From: Azolla caroliniana
Taxonomy: Eukaryota; Plantae; Polypodiophyta
Direction of reading: 5' to 3'
NCBI GenBank assembly: GCA_043228905.1
Contig: JBHGNT010000020.1
Span: forward strand, 1,860,001 to 1,924,000
Length of the DNA: 64,000 bases
Every line of letters begins with the position of its first letter. The first letter of the stretch is position 1. Positions 45,853 through 62,342 of the stretch are shown here, piece by piece. The notes under the pieces are model-generated. The model had not been told where the DNA came from. It did not search any database and saw only the letters and a program-made list of their open reading frames with translations. A program made the translations under genes and the position numbers.

Positions 45853-48765
45853 TGCTCTGTGTTCGCGAAATGAGAGAGACTCTACGAGGTGGAGGTTTCA
45901 TGTTCCCGCGCATGCACGTCGTGTACTATAATAGCAACTGTGTGACACGTGGTGCGCTTTAACTAGGCTTTAAATAGCAGTGCACGCCTTTTCGAGGTGT
46001 CTGTTCGCTCCTCGCCTATGCATGATGATCTTTTTATTTTATTTTAGAGAAATGATCATTGTATTCATTCATTCCCCATAAGGGGTTAAATAGGTACAAA
46101 GGGGTAGATACACAAGGGTGCAAGCCCCTTGGCCATTCACACCTAGTCACCCACTCACACCTATTTGTATCCACCACACTCACACTTAAATTCACTCTCA
46201 TAATCGTATAACATTACACATGCATATCAACACACTACATTTTTCACCCTCATTTATCACACTTATAAATCACCCATACATCTCGTCGTACGGTAACACC
46301 ATTTTGCTTCGGACTTTGGGGTGCCGTAAATTCACGTCTTATGCCACGTTGTCAGCAAAATTTGACGAATTCCTTTGATTTGAACTCTCCCCCGTTATTG
46401 GTCCGAAAGCATTTCAATTTTTGGCCGGACTAGGTCTCAACCATAGCGAGCCAATCAGAGAAGACCGAGAACACTTGATCTTTAGTTTTGATCGGATAAG
46501 CCCACGCCTTCCGAGTTGAGTCGTCAATGAAGCTGGCGAAGTACGAAGCACTACCAAGAGACTGATGTGGCATAGGACCACAAACGTCCGAGTGGACCAA
46601 ATCGAGCGGACTTGATTCTCTCAAGGCGGATGACAAGTGTGTTGTGGTTGTATGTTTGCCGTATTGGCAATGCTCGCAGAACTGATGATCCGAGAAGGAG
46701 AGTTTGGAGATGTATCCGGCTCTAGATAAGTGCGTGATGCCAGCCTTGCTAAGGTGTCTAAGTCGTCCATGCAGGAGATTCCCCTCTAAGTGTGATGTGC
46801 AAAGGATACAATGAGTGTATCTTCGGTCCTCGAGCAAGCAGGAGATTCCCCTTGTGGAGCGTCCACCCTCCTGATGAGAAGCCATCACGAATACCCTCTT
46901 CATCCAATTGTCCGACTGAGATCAGTGGTCTGGAGAGCTCAGGCACATGTCGGACATTGCGTAGTACTAATGTAGAGGTACCCGCAAGGTTGAGCTCTAT
47001 CAAGCCGATTCTAATTATGTCACAATGTTGCGAATTTCCTACTTGAACTGGGTCGAAATGTCAGGCCGTGTAATTCCAGAATTGGGATCGATGAGGAGTC
47101 ACATGAAAGGACGCACCCGAATCTAAGAGCCATGTGCTCGATTCTTCAGTCGTAAGCAGAACTTCTGATTCAACTAGGTTCTCAATTGTTAGTATGTTTG
47201 GTCTGTTTGATAATACTTCGGCTGTAGAGCCGACATAGTTGATGTCCTCATGTAGGCCACTCTTCTGATCAGCTCGTTCAGCTTTATCATTTTTTGCCTT
47301 GAGTGCAGGGCAATCAGCTTTGATGTGTCCAAGTTTCTTGCAATAGTTGCAAAATCGATTATCCCGGGACTTGCTCCGACTTCGTTGGTTGTTCGGCTGC
47401 CGTGAAGAACCTCTTACACGATTGTTCGATCAGTCAGTCGAACCTTGTACTACGTAGGCGTTGTTGGCTGAATCGTTTGCAAACGATTTTCTCTAAGCTG
47501 GTTCAGTCAGAATTGCACTCGTGACTGAGGAGTACTTGACGACAACTATCGACGCATTGCATACGGTTGTAATAAAAGTTTCCCTAGAAGGAGGGAGACT
47601 ACTCATAAGTAGCATTGCTTTTAGTTCATCCTCGATAGTCATCCCTTGGGCCGCAATTTGGGAGCTTAAGCTTTCATACTCGTTCAGGTGTGCCTGGACT
47701 GAGCCAGACTCTTGGTGCTGAATCAGGTATATCTTGGTGGTGGCGATCTTCTTTTTGTAAGTGTCTGAAAGTGTCTTCCATAGTTGGAAGGCAGTCGAAC
47801 ACGATTGTACTGTGACGTACACAGACTCCAATAGGTGCATTCGAATGGTGGCTCGGACAATTCTGTCGAGCTTTTCCCATTCAAGCGGCTTGTATCCTTC
47901 TTGAGGGTCTTCATTCTCAATGGGGTCAATTTGCCCCTTGACTATTAAATAGTCCTACATCTGCTCCTTCCAGAAGTTGAAGTTCGATCTGTTGAACTTC
48001 CTTAGACTCATCTCTAACGAGCTGGATGTTGATGCCATTTATGTTGGTTTAATAGACTTTGTCCGGAGTTAGCTACGAACTGTGGTGGAGTGCAACAGCT
48101 AGGCTTACTCAATGTCGTTTTAGCTGGACTTGGGCACAAATCATGTCGGTTTCGAATATCTAGATGAATCTTATTCGGAGTGGCTACAGTCAACTGACTT
48201 GGTCGAATTGAACCGTATTTGCCAGACACAGGTTGTGTCAGTTTCAAATATTGATTTTCCGAGATTTCCCAACACGGATTATGTGTGATTCTCCAGGTGA
48301 ATCCTTTTTCGGGTAACTGCACCACTGAGAGGGACGGAGCCAACTGGTCCTCCCGAGAATCGTTCAGCCGAATGAAACATAGATTTGGGGTTGTCCCTGG
48401 AGTCGTGTTTGCTTCGAGTGGTTACGACGAGTGAGGGGATAACGTCAGATGACCTATTCGATTTCCGCCTAACCGAGTGAGGCACAGGTGTGGCCTTCAG
48501 TTGTCTCTCTTCGCCAAATGTGATTTCAACAGGAGTTGCTAATCGAGATCTTCAAGGTGTGCAAGAGAAGAGTTGTTGATGGAGGTTAGATAGATGGTGG
48601 CGGTAGAAACAAACAAAACCACACTCTGATACCATATGTTGGGAGTGCCGTCATCTGATGCGGAACAAGATCAACGCTCCTTGTGTGGAAGATCATAAGT
48701 AGATACAAGATCACAATGTATTGATGACAATGCAGACAAAAAAAACATGAATGCAACTAGTGCGT

Positions 48766-48802
<37 letters not shown>

Positions 48803-48991
48803 AGGCACAACTCAATAATCTTGCAATAGCCACAAAAAGGCAACAACTATAACTAGGTTACAAAGTCAATTTATATATTGACTGACTTAGGGCAATTGCC
48901 CTTCTCACTATTTACATAAGTAGACTAAGCCTAGTGTGTACAAAGGAGATGGTGTGAATACGTCTATTAGAAGCCTGTATTCAACAATCCC

Positions 48992-50289
48992 CTCAAGGAG
49001 AGAAGAGCCCCCCGGAGATTTCCAGATGCAGAGCATTGGTTGCTGACAGACGAGGGGGAGTCGGAAAACATTGAAGAAGTTAAGAAAGACACCCACAACA
49101 GCAGTGGTTAAGTGCCATGTAGGACGAGATGGATTCCCTGCATGAGAACCACACAGATGAATTGATGGAGCTACTGAAAGGAAAGAGAGTGCTCCGGAAT
49201 AAGTGGGTGTACAAGTTGAAATCGGGAGATGTCGGAAATCCACCAAGGTATAAGGCCCGCATTATGGTGAAGGGCTTCCAGTAGAAGAAAGGAGTGGATT
49301 TCGATGAGATCTTTTCCCCAGTAGTGAAGATGACATCCATCCAGACGGTGTTGAGTATAACGGCGAGCATGGACCTCGAGGTAGAGCAAATAGACGTCAA
49401 GACGACATTCCTACATGGCGACCTCGAAGAAGAGATCTACATGCAATAACTAGAAGGGTTTGTCAAGAAAGGAAAGGAGCACCTGGTGTGCCGGTTGAAG
49501 GAGAGCTTATATGGACTAAAGCAAGCCCCCGGCAATGGTACCGGAAGTTTGACTCCTTCATGACCGACCAAGGATACCACAAGACGCAGGCCAACCATTG
49601 CGTGTTCGTGAAGAGTTTCGATGGAGGCAAATTCTTGATACTCCTACTATATGTGAACGACATGCTAATCGTTCGACCAAACCGAACCAAAATAAAAAAT
49701 CTGAAGAAGGCCTTGAACCGAACCTTCCCAATGAAAGATCTGGGTTCGGCGAGACAGATCCTAGGGATGCACATAATCCGGGACCGGTCAAAGAAGCAAT
49801 TGTGGCTGTCACAGGAAAAGTACGCGACAAAGGTGCTTCAAAGGTTCAACATGTTGGATGTTAAGTTGGTCGGGTCGACACTTCTGGCAAACTGCAACTT
49901 GTCCTGAAAGTAAAATCTGAAGACCAAGACGAAGAAGTCAGAGATGGTGAAGATACCATATGCTTCTGCCATCAGAACCTTGATGTACGCAATGGTGTGT
50001 ACCCGATCGGATATCGGATATGATGTCGGAGTGGTCATCCGGTTTATGAGAAATCCGGGAAAGGAGCACTGGACTGTAGTAAAGTGGATACTCTGGTACT
50101 TGAAAGGCACCTCGAGTATGTGCCTCTGATTAGGCTCAGGAAAACCCCAACTTGAAGGGTTCACGGATTCGGATATGGTGGTTGATGTGGATACCAGCCG
50201 GTCAACGTCCGAATATGTTACATATGCCGGGGGAGCCGTATCGTCGCAATCGAGGCTACAAAAGTCTGTTGCACTATCAACAACGGAAA
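48992..50289 (+). pseudogene. F RT and RNase H start
   Basis: PRQWYRKFDSF, LYVNDML, PYASAI; truncated at VALSTTE by a deletion into the 3' LTR. Confidence 0.85.
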
Positions 50290-51316
50290 TGTGTGAATGT
50301 CATTATTGTTGTATAAAGAGAGACATAGTGAGAGCAAGAGAGAAACATAAAGTATCTTATGTTGTAATCGTCGGTTGGCGAAGTCATAGAGCTCGAGGTC
50401 GTTGCCTCGTAGTCTCGCATTGTACCTTTCCTCTTATAGTGGTAGTTGGAGTCTTGTGGGCTCCTATGGGTTTTTCCCATTTAGGGTATTCCATGTTAAC
50501 ATCCTGTGTCCTCTCTGTTGTCTGTGTAAGTGTATTAATCTCCATTTTTGTTTTGATCTTCCATTGAGTGTTTGAGACTCGGTCGTGGCCAAGCACTATT
50601 TCTCACAAGTTTTACGTGCTTGACATGTGTCAGTTGCCGCCCTCGATCGATGACGTCACGAAGACGACTCCTCTATCATAGACACAACACACAACCAAAA
50701 CCGACAAGTACGAGAGAGGCTGACAAATTGGACACCACCGAATACACCAAACAAATTGCTTTATAAGCTCAAGTTACAATGGAATTACCATAACAACACT
50801 CGAGCCGGACTCAAGCTGAAGTAGAGGGAAACAATAGTAGGGCAAAAGATAGGGAGGGAGATGGGCTTCCAACAACCACCACAATCACCAAGCACGAGCA
50901 CTCCTAGTGCAACCTCGAACACAACGGAAGCACAAACTCACCGCCACACATCACATGAACTGCAAACCATGAACCTCGAACCACGCGAATGGCGAGCACA
51001 TAGGCTTGCGATGGCGAATGCAGGAACAAAGCACGAGCACCAAGCAATGACAAAGACGAGCACTAACACTAGAACACGAGCACCCCAACGTGAAGAAGAC
51101 GATCACCGAACGATGAAGAAGACGAGCACGAGCACGAGCACTCGAACACCCCAGACACGAACACCCTTCAAAAAGGAGAGCACTAATGCGCCTTCAAGGA
51201 GAGCACAAACGGGCCTCGTGTTCACAAACACGCCTCTAGGAAGAGGGGGTGAGAGAGAGAGAGAGTGCGAGTAAGAGCGTGAGACACTTTTTCAACTTGT
51301 AGTTTTTATTCATAGG

Positions 51317-51990
51317 ATGCATAGCCAGCCACATGATATGATATCTCATCAAGCTATTGAGGCATCTCGATCACTATATGAGTCTGGCTATACTAGCTCA
51401 TGGTATGGCATGATGGTGAGTTGGCTTCTTGCAAACGGTGTAGACGTTAGTAACCTACCGCCCCTTAGGTACAACCACACAATTGATAACACTTTAATCT
51501 CTCATGAGGACTGTAATAAAGTAATACGCCAAAAAATATGGCAAATTTACACTCAATATAAATGGATCATCCCACTAGAGCCACTCCCATCTAAAATGTT
51601 GTACTATAATGAACACTTCATGCACTTCTCTAAGTTAGGTTTTATTACACGACCACAATATCTAGATGCATTCTTACCAAATGCACTAAGGGTTGCCATT
51701 GGACAAGTTAGAATATCATCTCACCAACTTGAGATTGAGAACGGTTGTCCTAATAGAGTTTGTAGAGAGGAAAGGATATGTAGATTATGTCACATAGAGA
51801 TAGAGGATGAGTACCATTTTACATGCACGTGTCCAACTTACGCCGAGATAAGGGCAAAATACTGAGACATACTAAGTCCCTCTCTCACACTCCCTAAACT
51901 ATTAGATACTCTAGATATAAAGAAATTAGGCAGTTATATGTCAGAGCTAAAACAACATAGAGAGAATAAACTACAAAATATTGACAATAA
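51317..51990 (+). mobile_element. non-LTR (LINE) ORF2 C-terminal remnant
   Basis: RISSHQLEIENG...ERICRLC...EDEYHF..TCPTY..IR is a CCHC-type LINE C-terminal motif. Confidence 0.7.
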
Positions 51991-52324
51991 CGTTTCGAAT
52001 CACAGAGCCAAGGTAGTAAAAGATGTGGAGAGGAAGGAGGATATTGCCGGCTCACATGTTCGTATGCTACTGTCCGCGGACAGACAGAGACTAGAGACTA
52101 CGTGTCCTGTCCGATTGATTTCCTCACATTTGTGCCCACTTGACCCCACCCACCCACCAAACCCACCAAAAAGGCCTCCAAAAATGAATGAAGAAGAAAA
52201 TAGAAGAAGAAAATCTATGAAGAAATTAGAAGAAGAAAATCTATGAAGAAATAGATAGAAGAAAATAGATAGAAGAAATAGAAGAAGAAGGAATTCAAAT
52301 ACATCGCCGTTATTTGCCTCACTC

Positions 52325-52367
<43 letters not shown>

Positions 52368-52522
52368 GTGTTTGCCATGGCCAAGCTTCAAGCTCCTCCT
52401 TGCCATGGCCATGGCCGTGGCGGGGATTAAGTAAGCAGAAGACAAAGAAGAAGAAGACCTCCTCTGCGTGCCTTTTTTGAGCCTGCTATCGATCGATCTC
52501 TCTGTCTCTGTCTCTCTCAGCT

Positions 52523-55264
52523 ATGGCGTTGAAGCAGGCCAAGACTACGAAGGCCACGATGCAAAGCAGCAAGCAGCATTGCACCTCCAAGAAGCAGATC
52601 CACCCTACCTCTCTCCACTCCTCCGATCCTTGGTCCTTCCTGGTATAAAATCTATCACTTCTCTTCTCTCTCTCTCTCTCTAGCATCCTATTCTGATACA
52701 TTTTTCTGCTCTAGTTGCATCCCGAGAACACCGCTTAATCATGGTACTCCAATCCCGTTCCTTTGTTTTTTCTGGTTTTTTCTTCCCCTTATTCGGAATC
52801 TGTGCAGTGTTTAGCATCATGTTCTGATATTTTGTAAGGATATCATCGAATACGTAATTCTCTGTGTGTCATTCTGAACCTGTATCGGTCGCATTCCGAC
52901 ACTGTGCTCAAATCTCTGTTTATTGACCGTATTTTCCCTTGTTTACTTTTCTTTTCCTCTGCCTATTTGTCTCTATTCCATTTCGGTTTTGGAGAAGACT
53001 GCCCACATTTCTTTCCTGTTGCATACCCATTTGGGTCTGTGAGAGTGCTGATATGAAAAAATCGTATTGAATGGTTCTCGTTTTCTTTTCTTTTCTTTCA
53101 TTTTGGAACTTACTGTTTTGAATTATTTCGTGTTCTTTTGGTGCTCATTCTGGCACCGACTCGGATTTAGGACTTGATCGAAGCTCCACAATGGATTGAT
53201 TTGTCAGAAGAGGCAACCTTATCAATGGACAATGAAAGGTAACTTTTATCTTTACCATCACCTGAGCTTCAGGAATGCATATCTTGCATCGGATAATGAA
53301 TCAATGTTTCTAATCTAAATCCATGAGAAGTAGATTTGTGCAATGTTACATTTAAGTAGCTATTGGGATAATAAATTCATTTCTTATTGTGCTATGTTCA
53401 GTCATGAGATTTCTGTAGTTCTATCTTCATTGTAGAAAAAGTTATTTCATACAAGGTTTCCTGTACCTAGCAATGGTTCTGGATCTCTATGTAACTCTAT
53501 ATATTCCCCACTTTTTATGGTTTTCTAAGTCGTTGTAACTTGTTATTGAAATCGACTAATCTCAATAGTTGTTTAGTCTGTTATTCCGAATATCTAATTT
53601 TAGTCGATGATCAACACTTCATATTATATGGGATTCATGCAGGTATGATGATCCTTGGTTTGACGAGAGCCACAGGTACCACTTTTCTTCTTTGTTGTCA
53701 GTCAAAATTATATCTTGTTGTTTTGACATCCTTTGGAAATTTATATGTTGCCATTGTGCACGCTTTGTTTGATCCTCATTCTCGTTTGTTTTGTTTGCAA
53801 AACTAGGCATCATGTACTTTCACTTGCAGGAAAGAATTCTGATATGGCATGGCTTCGATTGAATAAGTCCAAAAGGGCCGATGAAGTGGAAGTGGCTTCT
53901 TTACCACGGAATGCTATTAAGAAATGGCAACAAGCAGCACCCAAATCAACTGGGAAAACAAATGTTGAACTGCAGAAAAAGATTGGTTCTCAGGATCCAT
54001 TCAAAACAAGATTGCTACAGAAACAAATAGCTTGCTCAGGTGATAACTATGCAAACAGGTATCTCTTGCTGCTCAAAATTTGCCAACTTGTTGGGAGTTC
54101 TAAATCGTGCACTCAGGAAAATCTCTAAAAAATAATCCATTGTTTTGCGAAATTCTTTTTTCCTGTTGACTGTCTTACTATCTTCTCTGGGAGGAAATAT
54201 TAGGTCTACAGCAGACTTCATGAATTGTAAGGTATTTGAAGGCCTAATTGTGTAAACATGTTGTCTTCGAAATCTACAGTTTCGCTTTGCTTTCTTGAAA
54301 ATGAAGTTTGCCTTTACATCAGTACCATATGTTGAAGATTGTTTGTACGTCGTTCTTCATTTTGCTTTCTTGAGATGGAAACACATTCCTGAAGGAGAAT
54401 ATTGTTTTGACGCAGGGCTTCCAGTTCATCAAACAGACGTTCTGGATCGCAGTCTAGTTTTTCTGGTTGTAGTGGCATTTCGGTGAACAGCTCCTTCTAC
54501 AAGTACCGGAGATCTTGCAGCGAAAGATTGAGTGTTAACAGTAGTTGGCAAGATGGACAATCACCTGGAGATTCTGTCCTAACAGTTGATTCAACATCAT
54601 CATATGTTGAAGAGAATGCCGCCACTATTTCTGAGGAAAGAAATACACATGTCAGAAAGTTTGGTGATAATTTGAAAGATAATAGTCAAGTGTATGATGA
54701 GCCTGCAGCAGACTCCATCACAATGAGGACAAAGAAGATGAGTGCCATATCTGTCCATCAAATGGTTAAAAGAGTTGTTAAGTATGAAGCTAATGATAAA
54801 GACAGAAAGACAGAGAGACATTTTTCTCACAGTCTTGCAGATTCCTCCCAAAGGCATTTCTCTTCAACTGGGAAAGAGAACAAAAACCCAGAAATCGATA
54901 GTAAGAGTGGTAGACATACCTGCAAAAATGTTAGCTCGTCAGAACTTGCAAACACGAGAAAGACTAATGTAAAGCTGGGTCCAATCAGATCTAGCTCAAG
55001 AGGAGCACCTCAATCCAATGTGGGAAAATCCTCTGCCAAGAGTAGAGTAGTACAGAATTTGGTATTATAATTATCTTGTCTGTTCATGATCATTGTTGCT
55101 ACCATCATTCATTTGAATTTCTGATGTAACCCATTATTTTGCAGAATGGAAGTTGTGGTATAAACCAGAACAAGAGAGTCGAGACCAGGGACTCTGCTGT
55201 GGCTGAATCTATCAGTGGGAAAAGTAGCAAGCCTGAAATGGATCTTGCAGATCTAGTTGCACAG
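52523..55264 (+). CDS. uncharacterised plant protein with a TPX2-like Aurora-binding N-terminal motif; 3' end unresolved
   Basis: GT-AG exons in consistent phase: 52523-52642, 53171-53238, 53643-53675, 53807-54058, 54491-55061, 55145-55264. They give DPWSFLDLIEAPQWIDL...DDPWF..H followed by a basic Ser-rich region. Confidence 0.72.
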
Positions 55265-56849
55265 GTAACAAGCAGCTCTTTTTGTTTTTATTTGGAGATG
55301 AACTCCAGAATACCCAAGTTTTCCGTTATTTCTCTACTTCCCCAGAAGCCCCGGGTCAAAACCCAAAAGAGAGATAATATAAGGCTTGATCAAGGGCATT
55401 TGGGGGAATAACAAATACTTTGGGCAGGTGTGAGAAATAAAGGAAAGGGGGTATTTCAGATGTTTTTCTCCTTTGTTCTCTTGAGGTTTTTAAAATATGC
55501 CAATTTTTTGGTTTTTGGGCTGTACAGCATAACCAGAAAATCCAGACACTTCGATTGCATGGTGTTAGAAAGGTTATACCATTAAATTCCAACCCTTAAT
55601 TCTTGATGGAGTCAATGCTTTTCGCTTTTTTAGAGATATTTAACCAAGTATTGGAGTTTGCTAAATATTAATGTGGTTGCCACAGGAATTGAGGTGATAA
55701 TTTTGAATTAACAAGGGAATAGTGTATTGATGGGACGTCATATCTCAGGCTAGGCATCATATTGATAATGGTATGGAGTCTTGAGATTTCCTATCCATCT
55801 TACTTTTATTGTATGTAAGCATATATTTGATGTGAGGGTGGCTCCATGTTTCATGTCATCTTGACTAATGTTAAGTAGCATGCTCTGTACATAGTGTGTC
55901 CGTATTGGAGAATTAACTTCCACTTTTTTATGCATTTTCTGTACATTTGCTACTTGTTTTTGGATGGATCCTTCAATTTTGAAGATGGTGCTAGATATTC
56001 AACTGAAATATTATTGGCTTGATTCACTGATTTATCTTCATTTTATGACATGTGTGCTACAGTCTTCTAGGTATGGTCGAGAATGATCATTGTTGGGCAA
56101 TGAGGATGCATGAGTATAGGCATAATTAAAATGGAAGATACGCTAGGAATAACGAAGAGGTTACTTATTCCACATAGAGCTGTGTAAAATGAACACAATG
56201 TGCTTGACCAACAATGCCATAGACTTAATCCACAATAAACAATTTCCTTCTTTCCTTGAAGAAAGGTTTGGATGGACTTGATATGCGGGAAGACGAATTT
56301 TTTATTTTTATTCTGTGTGCATATGCCATACCACTTGCTTTTTATTTCTTAGCAATTTATTGCTGTAAGTTGACATTGTCTAATTAATTAGTTAGCCTAT
56401 ATAGAAGGTAGTCTACACAAGTTAATGATGTGCTTCATGATAGGTAATCTATACACAAGAATAAAGTAGAAGATAGAATGTGAGATCCTTGGTTTACCTG
56501 TTGGTGCTGTAATTGTGATGAGAGAAATGGTTTTGTTGTTCAACAGTCAAATCTTGCGATATATGTTACCTCTTGTTGAAGGAAGTCTATTTATTATGTC
56601 TGGTCTTGCAAAATAAATGTTCTATAAATATATACAATAATGAAAGTGGCCGCGACTTGATTGAAGTTATTTTTCCATTCAGATGGATTCAATTTGTCAT
56701 TACCATTCACACCATAATTCAATGGCTCTTTTGTATCCATAATGTGTAGAGTTTGCTTGTTAGATTCTCATATACGGGTCATGGAAAACAAATACCTCAT
56801 GTTTGTAGGCACATTTAGTCTTACCGTCTCTATCTCATCTACAAGAGCA

Positions 56850-58330
56850 TTGAAATTCTTGGAGACGATCAATAATCTGATGGGAATGTAAGTGTCAAGG
56901 GAATTTATGAATCAAGAACATAGATATTTGCACAAGGGGTAGTGGAAATGAATGAAATAGGTCTAGTAAAAATAGCACATCACACATTGAGACACTTGGC
57001 TCATTGAACATTAGCAAAATATTGGGTCCTAATATTTCATGTTCTATTACAAAAGATTGGGATGTAATATCAATACCAAACCCTCTCTCGAATATGTTAG
57101 GAGTTGGAATGGAGAGTTTCTCTTTCACCTCTTCTTATAATCATCAAAGAGTTCTTTTTTGTTCCCCAAAAATTTCCTTCATTAGTATTAAGAAAAATGT
57201 TGGAAGGCCACAAAATGTACAATTAGAAAGTATTATGTACGAAGGAGATGGTTAGAGCAAGGACCAAGGGTGATGGTAATTCCAAATTGGTTCTTGAGAG
57301 GAGATTATGAACAGAGGTAGCTTCCTCCATAATTGCAGTAATTTTTTGTTTTTCTTAGGAACAACCTCCAAAGAGCCATGCATAGTGTCATTTTGCCCAC
57401 ACATCACTATCAATAAGCTCTCCCATAGTTTTGGCAATATATTTGAGAGAAGAGGAGTTCATAGCATCTTTTACAACGATACGTCCATAAGATCCATAAG
57501 GTAATCATTCGTACTGTTTTCCATACATGGGTTGCATGCACTTGCTTTTGAGGTTGCTGAAAGGGGGAGACATAAATTAGATGCCTATTGATGACTGTTA
57601 TAGCCTCTGGAGCATCATCTATCTCATACAACAAGAGACTAGGAGGGTACATTCCATACCACTGATCCCTAAGAGAAGGGGTAGTCTGCATTAATTGTCA
57701 TGAATAAAGAAATAACTTTATTCCATACCTAATGGATAGTAAATAAGATTAGAGAGCATCATGCCATTCATAAGGCAACCAAACCAAATATGCTCCTGCA
57801 TTGGCAGAAATTGCATTGAGGCCTACGAGAAAGTCGTTGAAATATCTGTTGTAAGATGAGGTTGATTCATCCAGCCATCCCATGTTTGAAGCATTTGTTT
57901 GTGTATGAAAATCCTTGATTACATCCCATACTCTGACGATTCCCAAGAGAACTATATTGAATGTCAAATTCCATCTCGGTGTTTGTACATCTATCAAGAA
58001 AATCCATTTCAAAGAAGGCAACCAGTTTCCTCCCATCTTGGAAGATAATTGCATCAGATGATTAAGCAACATACCCTTCCAAGCCTCTATCCCTAGCAAA
58101 AATCCTATAACTACAAACTTTGTCTGGAGAGCTTGAGATTGCATCAAGAGATCTATTAAAGCCAATCAAGGGATCATCAAAGAGTTTTTATCATGAGTCT
58201 TATGCAAAACCCAATGAAAAAAATAATTACTAAGTTCTCTATTTCTACATTGTAAACAACCAAAAACAAATATTCATTTTTCACAATGCATTGATGTTAT
58301 GAATAAAAATGGCATCATCTTCCCAGTGGC
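56850..58330 (-). mobile_element. highly degenerate LINE (L1-like) ORF2 3' remnant
   Basis: IDLLMQSQALQTK motif and Trp-rich fragments typical of the post-RT region; boundaries uncertain. Confidence 0.45.
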
Positions 58331-58403
58331 ACAATCTTTTATTGACTTACAAAACAACTTTATTACCCTTTCAAGACCCTATGTAAGGCATTAGCTATGT
58401 GAG

Positions 58404-58856
58404 TAACAATCGGCAATCGTTCGGTTTGAACCGAACCGAACCGCTAAACCACGGTTTAACGGTTTCAACGGTTCAGTTTAGGTTAAAGTTTTTATTATCG
58501 GTTTCGGTTCGGTTTCAATAGTCAAAAACTACAGTTTAAAGGTTTTTTATTTTTTTTATTTTTAAAAAAAAAATTAAAAACAATTGTTTTTAAACAATCT
58601 TTTCATTTTTAGACCTTCTCACATTTACATTTTAGGAACATCTTAAAAATTTTAAAAAAATTTTAAAATGAAATATTATAAATTGTAATAAATTAAAATT
58701 TAAAAATTAGACATATGTTGAAAACCAAAACCGAACCACGAAACCGCAGTTTAATGGTTTGAAATTGGTTTAACGGTTTCATGGTTTGGTTCAGGTTTCA
58801 AAATTTTTAAACGGTTCGGTTTGGACCCTCTCAAACCGAACCGTTGCCGATTGTTA
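58404..58856. mobile_element. hAT-type MITE
   Basis: 26-bp TIR TAACAATCGGCAA..GTTCGGTTTGA (2 mismatches), 8-bp TSD TATGTGAG, subterminal AACCG repeats, AT-rich core. Confidence 0.92.
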
Positions 58857-59391
58857 TATGTGAGTGGTAAATTGTTCGATCTAACCAACTTCATTAAGGT
58901 TTAATTGTTGACACAAATTTGCTCAAATCTCAGACTTTAATGTCGAGCAAACAAATCTTCAAATGCATAGAACTCCATGATAAATACTTCAATAAACAAG
59001 TTTATTACCCTTCACAAACCCTATGTAGGGCTCTGGTTATGTTTCTGGTCCATTGTTCGATTTTACCAACTTCAATAAGGTTCAAATGTTGATTCAAATT
59101 GGTCAAATCCCAAACTTCAATGGTGAGCAAATGAATCTTTAGATGCATAGAACTCCTTGATAAATACTTCAATAAAATAAAAAACATCACTGTTGACTAA
59201 TAGATCAAGGTTGACTGATATTATTAGTCAATGTAAATAATCAAGGTAGATTTCCTAATCCAAAAATGTACTGAGAATGCAACACATTAAGTAATGAGAG
59301 ATCATGATTGACAATGTCATATAAATAATTTTTACAATAGCGCAGCATCGGCCAGTCTGTGAAATCTTCGTCGTTCTCATTGACATTTTTA

Positions 59392-62144
<2,753 letters not shown>

Positions 62145-62342
62145 GGCCCCACCAAGCAAAAATCTGATTCTCTGAGCATAGATAGGTATGCACATGCATG
62201 TACATGTACATGTACATGTACATACATAGTGTATATACACATACATATACACATACATATATAGTGTATACATATACATATACATATACATATACACATA
62301 CATACATATATGCTCGTGTCTATGCTACATCAAATCATAAAG

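Larger units (their letters stand above)
37400..46298 (-). mobile_element. chimeric gypsy element A2: B-like LTR half at the 5' end, gag-pol deleted, extra ORF, A-type 3' LTR
   Basis: TSD CCATT at 37395-37399 and 46299-46303, and host E integrase rejoins across it. A-type LTR 37400-37862; 46046-46298 resembles the B LTR 8609-8890. Confidence 0.85.
20278..48986 (-). mobile_element. Ty1/copia element E, decayed, older relative of D, host of G, C1 and A2
   Basis: LTRs 20278-20610 and 48637-48986, TSD ATCCT/ATCCC, PBS-iMet-like 48623-48634, PPT at 20611. Coding pieces ~20820-22054, 27152-27330, 36738-37399 and 46299-48010. Confidence 0.9.
11713..50607 (+). mobile_element. Ty1/copia element F (outermost host of the nest), decayed
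   Basis: 5' LTR ~11713-12222 (start approximate), PBS-iMet TGGTATCAGAGC 12226-12237. Coding segments 12247-13776, 19449-20277 and 48992-50289 rejoin collinearly. Partial 3' LTR 50289-50607 matches 11905-12222. Confidence 0.88.

Noticed and set aside
50608-51300. Unassigned repeat-like sequence that may rejoin 8337-8608 and 11651-11712 as an older element
   Set aside because: No LTR termini, TIR, TSD or coding motif could be demonstrated
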